Source of the DNA: Dictyostelium discoideum
Taxonomy: Eukaryota
Reading direction: 5' to 3'
Assembly (NCBI GenBank): GCA_000004695.1
Contig: CM000151.3
Location: 6,144,001 to 6,208,000, forward strand
Length of the DNA stretch: 64,000 bases
Position numbers and translations under genes: made by a program. Of this stretch, positions 1 to 14,411 are shown piece after piece. The notes beneath the pieces are model-generated. The model was not told where the DNA came from, searched no databases, and saw only the letters and a list, made by a program, of their open reading frames with translations. Every line of letters starts with the position of its first letter. Position 1 is the first letter of the stretch.

Positions 1-350
1 TCACTCATTTATCAAGTGTGAATTGTAAATTCTTTAATGGATATGATAACCAATTCAATTCAACTTATCTTTATTATAATATTCGTAATCAAGTTTCATT
101 AGCTCCAACTGTAAAAGTAATGTGTAATTATTTCGATCAAATGAATTCATTTGATTTTTATCATCATAAAAATATAGTGATTGAAATTTCACCCCATAAT
201 GCATTATTTCAACATGTTCAAAGAACAATTGATACAATTCAAAATTTTCAAAGTAAAAAAAATACTTTTTTCTTTGCTCCATTATCTAAAGGTAAAAATG
301 AAGTTATAAATTTAAAAAAAATGATTTTAAAAATTAATAGTTTAAATTAA
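1..350 (+). CDS. partial CDS: 3' end of a gene that starts upstream of the window; product unknown
   Basis: Frame 3 is open from the first base of the window to the TAA at 348-350. Codon usage is Dictyostelium-like. There is no recognizable domain. The ORF track begins it at a GTG at 18, but the frame stays open back to position 3. Confidence 0.3.
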   Translation, partial: THLSSVNCKFFNGYDNQFNSTYLYYNIRNQVSLAPTVKVMCNYFDQMNSFDFYHHKNIVIEISPHNALFQHVQRTIDTIQNFQSKKNTFFFAPLSKGKNEVINLKKMILKINSLN

Positions 351-622
351 AAAAATATATATATATATATATATGTATCTATTTGTATTTATTAATAAAA
401 AAAAAAATAAAAATAAAATAAAATAAAATATGTTGTTAAATTATTTAAAATTATTTTTTTTTTTTTTTTTATTTTATTTTATTTTTTTCAATTTAAATTG
501 GGCAATTTCTTATTTTTTTTTTTTTAATTCATTTAAATTAATTTTTAAAGAAAAAAATTTCTTAATATTGTAAAATATATTTTTATAAATTATATAAATT
601 ATTTTTATTTATTTTATTTAAT

Positions 623-1430
623 TTAATTATCATCAGCAATATGTGATTGTTTAATATATTCAAATGTTGAAATCATAATAGCACAAGCAGGTGAAACTTT
701 AGCAACACGTGGTACTAAACCTTTTGTTAAACCTTTCCAACCTTCTTGAGAAAGTATTTGTTTGAGATGATAAATTGAACTATTATTTTTCTTTATGAAA
801 TCTAATTGTTGTTGTGGCGTTAAAGAGGGTGATAGAGTTTGTTGTGCTGACATTTGAATTCTAGTTTTAATGACATCAATTGGTGTTGTTAGTACAGCCG
901 CCAATGTACCACTTGTTGCACCAGCAATGAAGTTAATGAAAAATGGTGATTTTGAATTTCTGCTAAAATTTGGATCAATTTGTGATTTCATTAATTTATT
1001 CTTTAAAACTTCATAACCTGCCCAATAGATTGCTGAAAATGGTACATCCCTAACTAAAGTTGGTCCCAATCCTCTCCACAATCCTTTAATTCCAACATTG
1101 TTTACTATATCTCTATATAATTTAAATGAATTAAATCTTTGTTCTGATGATAATGGTATTGTTCCAATTGTAGCTGTTGATGATGATGCTGCCATGGCAA
1201 CTGTATTTTTATATGCATTTTGTAATACTATTCCTTGGGAATTGGTTCTTAATAATTCAAATGGTGATGTTACACTTGCTGAAAAAATTCTTGCCAATGT
1301 ACCTGCCACCAATGGTACAGTATATATATTATATGCTTCTGTATCATTAAATTGATATAAATATTCTTTTAAATATTCATATGATGTGAAATATCTAAAA
1401 TAAAATAAAAATAAAAAGGTTAATATAAAT

Positions 1431-1475
<45 letters not shown>

Positions 1476-1813
1476 CATACATACATTGTTGCACTTGGTA
1501 TTGTCATTAATAATGAAGGAGTTACACCTCTCCAAAAGGTTAAAGGACCTTCATTTTTATAGATCTTTTTAAATGCATCAAGTGTACCCTTGAATACATG
1601 TTTTTGGTTTATATGAGAACCTGTATTTTGAGTTTGAAGTCTAGTTTTAACAACGTCAAGTGGTGTGACAATTAATGATGACATAATACCGCCGAAAATT
1701 GATGCAACCATTAATTTCTTAACATTCTTATGAATATTTGAATCATTATTATTACTATTACTATTATTAATGTTATTATTATTATTATTATTATTAACAC
1801 TATTGCTAAGCAT
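623..1813 (-). CDS. mitochondrial substrate carrier (SLC25 family, Mtm1/SLC25A39-like), 2 exons
   Basis: Exons on the minus strand are 1813..1485 and 1394..623, 1101 nt in total (366 aa). The intron 1395..1484 has a GTATGT donor and a TTTTAG acceptor. Carrier signature motifs are present: PLDVVKTRLQ in exon 1 and PIDVIKTRIQ in exon 2, plus GLWRGLGPTL. Confidence 0.8.
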
Positions 1814-2179
1814 TATGATATTTTTTTTATTTTATTTTATTTTTAATTTTTTTTAATATGGGAGAAGAAATATTATTATTTTTTATTTTTTTTTTTTTTT
1901 TTAATATATATATATATAAAAATATATTAATATAATATGATTTTAACTATTTTAATTAAATTTATTTATTTTCACTCTCCAACTTCAACAGCACAAATAA
2001 AAAAATTAATTTAACCTATTTTTTGATTTCCTCTAATTAGGAATACTCTATTAAATTGGATATATTAAAAAAATATACTCCAATTAATAATAAATAAAAT
2101 GAAAAAAAATGCTAATTGTGTTAAAAAAACAAAAAAAAAAAAAAAAAATAATAAAAAAAAAAAAAAAACTCGACACGAC

Positions 2180-2214
<35 letters not shown>

Positions 2215-2413
2215 AATTTATTTTTATTTTTAAATATTTTCCTTTCAATCCCATCGTAATCAAAACGTTTTTATTTTTATTTTTATTTTTTATTTTTTTT
2301 TTTGACGTGATTGCTAATTCTAGAATTTAGTTTTATTTTTGGTAATATTTTGGGATAATTTAAATATTTAAATATTTTATTTTGTTATTTTGCTGTATTA
2401 ATATTTTTATTTT

Positions 2414-2449
<36 letters not shown>

Positions 2450-2640
2450 TGCATTACCATGTTTCCACGAATTCACCAAAAATAAATAAATAAAAAATAA
2501 TTATTTTTTTATTTTTTTTATTTTCAATTTTTTTTTTTTTTGGGCGCTTTTTTTTTTTTTTTTTTTTTTTTTCACAATTTTCCACAACTTTTATTTATTT
2601 ATTTTTCATATTTGATTAATTTTCTTTTTATTACAATTAA

Positions 2641-2910
2641 ATGCAAAGATTATTAGATACAATCAATAAAAAATTTTCACTTCAAACTGATATAGATCCA
2701 GCAAAACCAAAAAATAAAAAAAATGAAAACGAAGAAAAGAATAAAGTTCCAGGTAGAGATTCTCAATATAGGAAATTAAAAACGTTCATTGACAAAACTG
2801 CAAAGTCTGGTAAAGGAGATTCATTATATATTTGTGGACCACCTGGAACTGGTAAAAGTTTAACATTAACAACATTATCTAAAAATTTATCAACAAAGGT
2901 AATTATTTTT

Positions 2911-2970
<60 letters not shown>

Positions 2971-4346
2971 CATACTAACTAATTTCCTTTATTATTTACA
3001 GAAATATAAACCAATTTACATAAATTGTATGCAGTTTAATCAACCAATAAAAATTTATATAGAAATTTATAGAAAATTAGAGAATTTAGTAAGCACAAAA
3101 AAAGGTGTAAATGAATCATTAGATTTAATAGAATCAAAATATTTTTACGATTTTGATAATAAAGAAGAAGAAGGGATGGAAAAACATTCAGATAAAAATG
3201 AAAATGAAAAAAAAACAATGTGGGTAAAATATAGAGAGTGTATTAATCTCTTTTTTTTTTTTTTATTATTGCTAACACAATTTTTATTTTTTTTTTAAAA
3301 AGAATTTTAATTTTAGATGAAATTGATATTTTAATTGAAAAGTTTAGTAATATATTATATAGGATATTTGAATGGCCAACTAAAGATAGTTCAAAATTAA
3401 TATTATTTGGAATTGCAAATGATTTAGGATTAGTACAGAAATCATTACCAAGATTCGCTAAAATTGGTATGGAGATTGAAGTTTTACATTTTAAACCATA
3501 TACAGAGGAAGAAATTTTAAAGATTTTTCATCACCGTATAGATTTAGTTTTTAAAGAGTATAAATTAAAGGAAGAGGATCAAAAGGAACAATTATTCGAG
3601 CCAGAGACATTGGAAATGATATCAAAACAACTTTCAGTCAATGGTTGTGACATTAGGAAAGCATTTGATGTCATTAGACGTTTAGTCACTTTAAAATTTG
3701 AAAAATATATTGAAAATGCAGATTCAAACGATTCATTGGATGAAGATCCTGATGAGGTCATTGAATTTAAATCACCTGGTGAATATTTCTTTTCAATGGA
3801 TTTAGTACAAGATGTATTGGCTGAATTTTTCGAATGTAAAATAGTTTCAAATATGAAAAGTTTACCACTTCAAGCTCAAATCATTTTATTTTCTTCATTC
3901 CTTCCAGTTTTAAATTATGAAACTGTATGTATTTTTTTTTTTTTTTTTTTTTTATTTTTTAAAATAAAAAAAAAATAAAAATAAAAAAAAATAAAAAAAA
4001 AAATGAAATTTACTAATTTTAAAATTTTTAGTTATATAAATCATATAAAAGTCAATGTTCAATTATTAATTTCCCATTAATGGAAAAGTAAATATATTTA
4101 ATAATAAAAAATAATAATAATAATAATATTTTATTCCTAATTAATTTTTTTTTATTTCTTTTTATTACTTAAAAAAAAAACAGAGCAGATTTTGGTTTAT
4201 CAATTGATTCAATTATTTCAAATGGTTTAATGAAAATAGAAAGTGGTAAAAAAATTGCATTATTATTTTCAAAAGAGCAATTAATTTCTGCATTTAAATC
4301 CTCAATAATATTCGATCCCCTACTAGAAGAATTAAATAATTTATAA
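2641..4346 (+). CDS. Cdc6/Cdc18/Orc1-family AAA+ replication initiator, 5 exons
   Basis: Exons are 2641..2898, 3002..3104, 3302..3924, 4032..4087 and 4184..4346, 1203 nt in total (400 aa). Conserved elements are Walker A GPPGTGKS, Walker B ILILDEIDIL restored by the 3105..3301 intron, sensor-2 GCDIRKAFDVIRR and a winged-helix C-terminus. The 56-nt micro-exon LYKSYKSQCSIINFPLMEK aligns to human CDC6 LYEAYSKVCRKQQ. The ORF-track entries 3029..3298 (+) and 4169..4405 (-) are intron read-through and antisense artefacts of this gene. Confidence 0.8.
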
Positions 4347-4404
4347 CCAAAAAAATAATAATAATAGAAAATTAATAAATAATTCAAATTTTTGTTTAAA
4401 ATCA

Positions 4405-4437
<33 letters not shown>

Positions 4438-4750
4438 GAAAAAAATTATTTTAAGGTTTGATAATTATTCAAAAATAGAAATATTGATTAAAATAAAAAA
4501 AAAAAAAAAATCTAAGCCATTATTATTTATTTCTAATTTTTTATTTTTCAATGAAAACAGCAAATTTCTTTTTCCTGACTTTTTTTGATATTTTTCTTAT
4601 TTATTTCAAAAAATAAAAAAAATAAAAAAAAATAAGAAAAAATCTTTTTTTAGAGTCAGTTGAAAAAAAGATTTTTTTTTTTTGTTTTTTTATGTTTTTT
4701 TTTTTTTTTAGTTTAATATTCTAAAACAACAACAAATAAAATAGAAAGAA

Positions 4751-6499
4751 ATGAGATTAAAGGTTGCATGGAAAGATTTCAAATTTGTTATTCCAACTGG
4801 AAAGTCAAATAAAATTTCAGATTTATTTAAAGAAATTGCCAACAAATTTGCAGCTTACTCAACAGAAGAATTCATTGTTTCAGAATTAAAAACTTCTGAT
4901 GGTTTTGTTATTTCACCACATTATTTAGTCGAAGATGCTTTATTAGAAAATGATATTTTATTAGTTGTAGATTTTGAATCTTGGAAAAATGAACAATTTA
5001 AGTAAGTATTTTTATTTTTATTTTTTATTTTTTATTTTTTATTTTTTTTTAAATTTATTAATTCTTTTTTTTTTTTTTTAATTTTTTTTTTTAATTTTTT
5101 TTTTTTTATATATAGATTATGTACAAAAAGTTTTGTATTATTTGCATTAGAAAATTTCCAAGATGATAATAAATTAAGAGTTAATATTGGTTTAAATACA
5201 TTAAATAAATTATTTGTATCAATTGGATTATATAATAAATTATATAGATTAGAATTATTTGATTCAGCAGATCTTAAAGCATTCCATAAGGAAGGTGAAC
5301 ATCCAGTTACTCATTGGGAAGATGGTAAAGGTAATGATGCAAAAGTAATCTTTGTTGTTCAAGGTGGTATTGTTACTAAAGTTAAAACTGAAATTTCAAC
5401 CGTTTCTTCACCAAAACCATTAATTCAAACCATTGATATCAAATTAAATGGTACAAAGATTGAAGCTGGTGAAATTAAAACCATTCAAGAAGCTTATGAA
5501 CCATACGATAGTGATAGCAGTGTAGTTGTACCAGAGGAAGTTAGAGAAGGTAAATCTTATCAAGATTATGACCAATACGATTATTACACAACCGATGGTG
5601 GTAATGGAAGTGATGCATCTCATCATGCAGTCGTTATAGGTCCATCCGATATTCGTTTCGAACAAGTTGATATCACTCGTTCAGAAATGAGTAATTATGC
5701 CACTAGTAATGGTGGTTTCATGAATAGTTTCTTCACTGATTTCCAAATTACAAATAACAATGCCGATAGAGTCACCCTTTCAAAGATTACTGCAGAGTAT
5801 CAAGACAAACAAGGTAAATGGGTACCATTTACCAATGCTCTCTTTGGTACTAAAAGAAGTAACCAAATCAATGATTACTCTTGGAGAACTGATAACATTT
5901 TAATTCCATTAGAATCAAGAGATACCATTAAACTTTCAACCAATACTCGTGTAGAAATTAAAGGTGTCAATAGTGAACGTCTTCAACGTAGTCATCATTC
6001 ATTACCAAATGAATTACATATTAAAATTTACATTCATGATGACAAACAAAATGTAACCACCATTCCAGTATTTTACAAGAATAAAACTGAGGATCCAGTA
6101 ACAATGACATTGAAAACTCGTCAAGCTCGTGTTGAAAAACCAATCATTTTCTTCCAAACTGTTGATAACTTGGAAACCAATGTTCGTGGTTGGGTTCAAA
6201 TTGTTACCGATAAAAGTGATGGTAAAAATATCTTCAATTTCACATCTATTTGTTCCAATAGCTCTCATTATATCTCTCAAGCTGCTTTACACTCTTTTGT
6301 CTATGATGCAAAGAAAGAAAATCAAAAGAAATACAAAATCAAAAACTATTGTGCTAGTAACTCTGATTTCCAATTAGAAGTCTTTGCAAATGTAAACTTT
6401 GAAACCTCAAAAGTTGATTCCCTTTGTTTCGAATTATCCGATAAAAAAGGTATCTCTAAATCTGTTAAATATTTCCCAATTAAAAAACTAACTGAATAA
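4751..6499 (+). CDS. hypothetical protein (544 aa), no recognizable domain
   Basis: Exons are 4751..5001 and 5116..6499. The intron 5002..5115 has a GTAAGT donor and a TATAG acceptor. The downstream frame is open with no stop from 5117 to 6499. Codon usage is Dictyostelium-like. The in-frame stop at 5003 is explained by the donor site. Confidence 0.55.
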
Positions 6500-6628
6500 T
6501 TTAATTAAATTAAATTATTTTATTTATAAATAAAAATTTTAAATCATTTGTATTAATTATAAAAAAAAAAAAAAAATAAAAAAATAATTATATATTTTAA
6601 TTTTATTATTTTATTTTATTTTTTTATT

Positions 6629-6960
6629 TTAAAATGTTGATGATTTTGGTAATCTATGCATAAATGTAATTTTTGGTACATCTGGTATATTTTCACCATC
6701 TATGTGTGGTAATTCATGTTGACTAAGAATTTCAAAACCATGTTTTAAATAAAATTGTACATTTGCATCATTTGAACATTCAATATAACATCTTTTATGT
6801 TCTTTATCAAACTTTTTAAATAAACGATTTAATAATTTTGATGCTAATCCTTTCTTTCTATGTTCAATATGTGTTGATAATGTTAATAAATAATAAGTTT
6901 CAACTGCTTTATATTGTTCATAATAAATTCCAAAAAAATCTATATTATATTTAAAATTTA

Positions 6961-7007
<47 letters not shown>

Positions 7008-7464
7008 AATTATTATTATTATTTTAAAAAAAAAGTTGTTTAGATAATTTTTATTTTTATTTTTTTTTATTTTATTTTATTTTTTTACCTTCAATTTTTT
7101 GAATTCTATCATTTGTTAATTTATAACCTTTATTTAATAATTTTTCACTTTGATTTTTTTGAAATTTTGACCATTTTACTGAATCCCATTCAACATTTGG
7201 TGGTAATAACATTGCAACACATTTAAATGATGAATCGAATGAAACACATTCATTAAAGTCAATTAATTGTTCCATAAATCCTTCTTCCATTTCATATATA
7301 AAATGATCTTTATCTTCTTTTGAAAGTTCAAAAAATTGATAATTAAAGTATGGATCTTCTTTAAATGAATCTGTATTTATTTTTGAAACTTTCTCCATAT
7401 CCTCTCTTTTTATTATATATAATTCATCTTGATCTATATTATCTACACTATTTGCAAAACTCAT
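6629..7464 (-). CDS. GNAT-family N-acetyltransferase (228 aa), 2 exons
   Basis: Exons on the minus strand are 7464..7089 and 6939..6629. The intron 6940..7088 has a GTAAAA donor and an ATATAG acceptor. Exon 2 carries acetyl-CoA binding motif A (HIEHRKKGLASKLLNRL) and the motif YLKHGFE. Confidence 0.7.
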
Positions 7465-7505
7465 TTTCTATTTTATTATTCTATTATTTTAAAAAAATAT
7501 TTATT

Positions 7506-7553
<48 letters not shown>

Positions 7554-7789
7554 TTATTCTCAAAATATTCGCCAAACGGAAAAAGTTGACGGCAATGTCT
7601 CTAAAACAAAAACAAAAAAAAATTAATTTAAAAAAAAAAAAAAAATTAATTTTAAAAAAAAAAAAAAATCATACCCGATTGTGAAAATAAAAATAGAAAA
7701 AACAATTGAAAAAAAAAAAACAAAAAGAAATCTCTTTAATTTATTACCAAACTTCTTATTTTTTTTTTTTTTTTATTATTTTTTACTAA

Positions 7790-8000
7790 TTAATTTGATA
7801 TCAATATATCCTAATATTTCCATATTTTGGTCATTTATATTTAGAATTTGAAGTGAAGAAAAAGTATAATATTCTTTTATATTTGAAGCCATATATATTT
7901 TTAAATCAATTAATTGAACTAACTTTTTTTAATAATGATAATTGAGATTTTCTTTCAATTGAAAGATATTTAAGACTTTTTGGTAAAACTATATTTTTTC
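7790..8000 (-). pseudogene. FNIP-repeat gene fragment (3'-terminal remnant)
   Basis: About 210 bp match the 3' ends of the FNIP copies at 9366-9800 and 11890-12330 (e.g. taacttttttttaataa[tc]gataattgagattttc.ttcaattgaaag). It has an internal deletion and no ORF. Confidence 0.4.
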
Positions 8001-8048
8001 TACTTTTTTCTAGTTTTTTATTTAACTCTTTTTTTAAAAAATGAAATA

Positions 8049-8083
<35 letters not shown>

Positions 8084-8244
8084 CACCTTCACACGTTTTT
8101 TTTCTATTTACACCAAATCAAATAAAATAGTTTTTTCATTTTTTTTTTTCATTTTATTAATAAATATAAAAATAGAGTACTTAAAAAATAAACGAAATAA
8201 TAAAATATATAAAAAAAATGAATATGACAATTCTCTTTTTTTAA

Positions 8245-8275
<31 letters not shown>

Positions 8276-8384
8276 TCTATTTTTTTTTTTTTTTCATTTT
8301 CATTTTCATTTTCAATAAAACAAAAAAAAAAAAAAAAAAAGAATTAAACTTTTATTATTAAAAAAGAAATTAATTAAAAAATTA

Positions 8385-9237
<853 letters not shown>

Positions 9238-9365
9238 ATTTTAAAAAACTAAAATAAAATAATAATAATAAGTTATTTGTAAATATAATTAAAACTAAAA
9301 ACAACACTATTAAAAAAGATATTTTATTATTTATCTATTGGTTTGTTAAAATTAAAATTTTTATT

Positions 9366-10250
9366 TTTCATCAATAATAGTGGGATCAACATAACAAAAT
9401 GTTTTAATTTGTTTATCATTTACATTTAGATCTTTAAGTGAGTTAAAAATATAACCTTCCTTAACATTTCCAGCCATATATACTTTTAAATAAACTAGTT
9501 GTTTGAGATTGGTTGAAAAATCAATTAAAGATGAAAATCGTTTAGATTTACCAATTTTTAAACTTTTAAAAAATCAATTTCTTTATTGAATTTATTTCCA
9601 ATATAAAGAAATTCAATATTTTTTGGTATTCTAGGAAGTTTATTATTTAATTCTCTTGTGAAGCCCAAATTTTTTATTGTTTTTGGTATTTTTGTATTTG
9701 AACCACATTCTTCAATTGATAAAAATTTAATTGAAGATTTAACTTTTTTTAATAACGATAATTGAGATTTTCATTCAATTGAAAGAAATTCAAGAATATT
9801 GGGTAAAATTAGATTTTCTCCGATTTTAGTATGATGACCTAATCTTAAAATAATTAAATTATTTGGTAATGCATCATTATCAATACATTCTTTGAATCTA
9901 CTACCAAATTTTATTGAGTTGATTGTGTGGTAAATCACCTTTTGATATTATTAGGTTCTGATTAATTAATATTTCTTTAACTGAATATGGAATTATTCCG
10001 AATGGGATAAAAGCTCCCATTACTTTATCATTTATTTTAGTTTCATCATTTGAAATTACCAAAACTGTTAAATAATTTCATAATGGATATTCTCTTAATG
10101 AATTAAAATTATGTTTAGTTTTATTATGTGCAATATTAAATTTCCTTAAATGATAAAATATATATTTATTCCTTAAATTAACATTTTTCAAAACTTTAAA
10201 AAACAATTCATCATTTTCTAATTTAATTTCACTAAATCTATAAATAAATA
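9366..10250 (-). pseudogene. FNIP-repeat gene, 5'-truncated and frame-disrupted copy
   Basis: It is about 85% identical to the copy at 11892-12835. It lacks the start-codon region and has an extra 18-nt insertion near 9520-9540. The ORF track finds no ORF of 60 aa or more. Confidence 0.55.
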
Positions 10251-10976
10251 TTTAAAAATATACACTAATTTTTATCAATATGGTTTATTTAAAATTTTTA
10301 ATCCAAAAAAAAGAATAAAAAAAAAAAAATAATTATCAAATTTATTTTTAACTTAATTTGATTTTTTATAAAAAAAAAATAAAAAAAAAAAAAATTCCAT
10401 AATTGGAAAACAGGATAAAAATAAAAAAAAATTATATTTTTTTTTCTAATTATGGAAATTTATTTTTTCTTTTTAAATTACTTTTTTTATTTTTTTATCA
10501 ACATATCTTTGAAAATATGTCATTCTTTTTTTTATGTCATTTTGTTTATTTTTTGAGTTTTCTATTTATATACTAATCCATATCAAAAATAAATAAAATA
10601 AAATTATTGATAAAAAAAAAATTATTAATATAATTAAAAACAAGTTTTTTTTTATTTTTATTTTTTTTTTATTTTTTTTTTTTTTATTTTTTTATTTTTT
10701 TTTTTTTATTTTTTTATTTCACAAACATCTCAAAATCAAATATGACAATATAAATAATAATAGATATAAATCATTTACACAATAGTGGAAGTTTAATTGC
10801 AACTTTAAGAGGGTATAAATATGTTTTACTTGGGCGCACTGACAGTTTCCAATGATTATGTCATTTGAATTTTGAATTTTATATTCCAATCAATATGATT
10901 CAATAGCATCGTCATTGACTGGTCGGTTAATAATACAATCACTTCAATATCTTTCTAATCAAATACAACCACTATA

Positions 10977-11095
<119 letters not shown>

Positions 11096-11330
11096 GATTC
11101 ATTTGGCGAAAGTAAAGCAAGGAATTTTGATAAATCAAATCATGTGATTTCTTTATCATCAAGCATAATTAATTGTAGTCAAAGTTCAATCAATGCAGGT
11201 AATATTAATGTTTAACAAATAGATTTCGAGATGATTACAGCTCAACCACAATAACAACTACATCAATAACAGTGGTGATTTACGTTTCAAATCAATATTT
11301 AAAATGGTACCATTGAATTGACCAGACAGA

Positions 11331-11500
11331 CACCTCATCTAATAGTTGTTGTATTTGTGTAATGCAAAGTTCCAAACTTTTATTTGGTGAAACCAGATCC
11401 TATTCAAGTAAATGGTTACTTCAATACGATCAGGTTTCCCCAAATCGTAGTTAGGAACTTTATATTACACAAATACAACAACAACCACTACTAATACTCG
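11331..11500. repeat. ~30-bp imperfect inverted repeat (28/30 match) with a ~70-nt spacer, inside an ORF-less island of normal GC content
   Basis: AGTTGTTGTATTTGTGTAATGCAAAGTTCC (11346-11375) pairs with GGAACTTTATATTACACAAATACAACAAC (11456-11484). The island lies between the FNIP copies. Confidence 0.5.
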
Positions 11501-11806
11501 ACAACAAACAAAGAGTTTATCAAGTTTAAATTCAGTTGATGGAAATAGTATTTGTAGTGGTATTAGTTGAAAATAGTAGATAAAGTACTTCATAGTAATA
11601 GTTTAGGTGTTAGAGATAGTATTGGTAGTAGTAGTAGTTCAAGTGGATCAACAATTTTAAATAAAATCACCAGTTAAATTTTATGTAAATTGCCAAAAAT
11701 CAAATTCAATGACATTGTATATGATAATAATAAACTTAAATATTAATATAAATAATATTAATACATAAGTAAAAATTAAATAAAACTAGAATACTTCCCA
11801 AATTAA

Positions 11807-11845
<39 letters not shown>

Positions 11846-11891
11846 AATATTGAAAAGTTATTTAATTTTTAATTTTCTATTTTATTTATCT

Positions 11892-12835
11892 ATTGTTTTA
11901 TCAAAATTTTATTTTTCATTAACAATACTGGGATCAACATAACAAAATATTTTAATATCTTGATCATTTATGTTTAGAATTTTAAGAGAATTAAAAATAT
12001 AACCTTCTTTTACATTTTCAGTCATATATACTCTTAAATAAACTAGTTTTTTGAAAATCGTTTTGATCTACCAATTTTTAAAACTTTTAAATGTGATAAA
12101 TTTAAAAAATCAATTTCTTTATTGAATTTATTTCCAATATAAAGAAATTCAATATTTTTTGGTATTGTAGGAAGTTTATTATGAAACTCTCTAATGAAAG
12201 CCAAATTTTTAATTGTTTTTGGAATTCTAGTATTTGAATTACATTCTTCAATACACAAAAATTGTATTGAAGACGTAACTTGGTCTAATAATGGTAGTTG
12301 AAATTTTCTTTGAATTGTAAGAAATTTAAGATTTTTTGGTATAATTAAATTATTACTGATTTTGGTATTATGACCTAGTCCTATTTTAATTAATTTTTTT
12401 GGTAACATATCATTATCAATATATTCTTTGAATCTTTGATCGAATTTTATTGATTTGATAGAATCTGGTAAATCACCTTTTGAAATTATTAGATTTTGAT
12501 TAATTATTAATGATACTACAGAATTTGGAATTATTTTATTTGGAATAAAAGCACCCATTGCTTCATCATTTATTTTAGTTTCATCATTTGAAATTTTTAA
12601 AAATGTTAAATAATTTCTTAAAGGATATTCTAATAAAGAATCAAAACTATGTTTAGGATTATTATTTGCAATTTTAAATTTCCTTAAATAATAAAATATA
12701 TATTTATTCCTTAAATAAACATTTCTCCATACTTAAAAAAATAATTAATCATTTTCTAGTTTAATTTTACTAAATGTTTCTGTATCGACTATGAATCTTT
12801 TTAAATATTCATTAATTGATTTATCCATTGTTTTT
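11892..12835 (-). pseudogene. FNIP-repeat gene with a frameshift after codon ~27; a 171-aa internal ORF (12043..12558) remains
   Basis: It starts ATGGATAAATCAATTAATGAA at 12835, like the intact copy. There is a premature TAA after ...KLEND, and the C-terminus also runs into a stop. It is otherwise collinear with the intact gene at 13246..14193. Confidence 0.6.
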
Positions 12836-13245
12836 ATTTGGTAATTCAATTAAGAAATATTAAAAAAAAAAAAAAAAATTTTATTTTGAATAAGTTTTTT
12901 TTTACTGAATTTTTTTTATTAAAATAAAATAAAGAAAGAAAAATAAAGAAATAAAAAAAATTACAAATTTGGTAATAAAATCACCTTTTTTTTTTTTTTT
13001 GATCTATAAATCTTTTTTTATTTTTTTATTTTTACTATTTTTTATTAGATTTTATTCAAATAAAATAAATTATAAATTCTTTGGTTAAAAGATGTAATTT
13101 CGAATGACCCCTCATTTTTTTCTATTTAAAAATTTTTAAAAAAAAAGAAAATTAATATAATTGTTTGAAATTATAAAAAAAAAAAAAAAGATTTTTAAAT
13201 GACAGTTTGTGTATTTTTTATTGTTTATATTTATATTTACTTTTT

Positions 13246-14193
13246 TTAAATATAATTTTTAAGGTCCACAAAACCTTCAAAAATTTCTATTAATTGATCA
13301 TTAAAACATAAAATTTGAAGTGATGTAAAATTATAATGATATTCCAATAAATAAAATTCAGAGTATACTTTTAAATAAATTAGTTGTTTTAGTGAAAGAG
13401 CAATGTCAGATAAGGATTTAAATTTTTTCGATCTACCAATTTTTAAAATTTTTAAATGTTTTAAATCTAAAAAATCAATTTCTTTACTGAATTTATTTCC
13501 AATATGAAGGTATTCGATATTTGGTGGTATTATTGGAAGTTTATTATGAAATTTTGAAGTTAAACCTAAACTTTTAATTGTAGTTGGAATTTTTGTATCT
13601 GCATCACATTCATTAATACCTAAATATTCAATTGATGATGTAACTTGATCTAATAATGATAATTGTGATTTTCTTTCAATGGATAATGATTTTATACATT
13701 TTGGTAAAATAAAATCTTCATCAATTTTAGTATGATATCCCAACTTTAATTTAATTACATTTTTTGGTATCATATCATTTGAAATTAATTCTCTGAATCT
13801 TTTACCAAAAGCTAAGGTATGAATTGAATCTGGTAAATCTCCTTTTGATATTAATATATTTTGATTTATTATTAATAATCCAACAGAATTTGGAATTATT
13901 TTATTTGGAATTGTTGATCCAAAATCTATATCATTTTGTAATGTTTCGTCATTTGTAATTTTCAATCCAGTTAAATAATTTCTTAATGGATATTCTCTTA
14001 AACTCTCAAAATTATGTTTTATATTAAAATTTGCAATTTTAAAATTCCTTAAATGATAAAATATACATTTATTTCTTATAAAAACATTTCTCCAAACTTT
14101 AAAAAATAATTCTTCCTTTTCTAATTTAATTTTACTATTTATTTCATAATCAATTTCTAATATTAATGAAAAATTTTTACATAAAACATCCAT
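13246..14193 (-). CDS. FNIP-repeat-containing protein (315 aa), intact single exon
   Basis: Repeated ~22-aa units carry FNIP-type motifs (IPNSV, IPKNVIKL, IPTTIKSL, IPPNIEYL). This matches the Dictyostelium-expanded FNIP repeat family. Confidence 0.8.
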   Translation of the reverse strand: MDVLCKNFSLILEIDYEINSKIKLEKEELFFKVWRNVFIRNKCIFYHLRNFKIANFNIKHNFESLREYPLRNYLTGLKITNDETLQNDIDFGSTIPNKIIPNSVGLLIINQNILISKGDLPDSIHTLAFGKRFRELISNDMIPKNVIKLKLGYHTKIDEDFILPKCIKSLSIERKSQLSLLDQVTSSIEYLGINECDADTKIPTTIKSLGLTSKFHNKLPIIPPNIEYLHIGNKFSKEIDFLDLKHLKILKIGRSKKFKSLSDIALSLKQLIYLKVYSEFYLLEYHYNFTSLQILCFNDQLIEIFEGFVDLKNYI

Positions 14194-14411
14194 TTTTTTT
14201 TTATTATAATAAAATATTTATAAAAAAAAAAGAATAAAATTAAAAATAAAAGGAAAAAAAAAAACAAAAAAAGTAAATTATTAATAAATTAAGTAAAAAA
14301 AAAAAGTAAAAACTTAATTTATTAAAATGACGTTAAAAAAAAAAAAAAAGATCAAACATGGTAAAAAAAATAATCTATAGATCTTTTTTTTTTTTTTTTG
14401 ATTTAAAATTT

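Noticed and set aside
3029-3298. ORF 3029..3298 (+) and ORF 4169..4405 (-) near the Cdc6-like gene
   Set aside because: The first is an exon-2 read-through into the intron, which destroys the Walker B motif. The second is antisense to the conserved winged-helix terminal exon (4184..4346).
7429-7626. Lys-rich 65-aa ORF over an (A)n tract; similar ORFs at 28259..28692, 30518..30736, 46614..46826, 50020..50262 and 56860..57174
   Set aside because: They are homopolymer A/T-tract translations (poly-K/F) in intergenic DNA.
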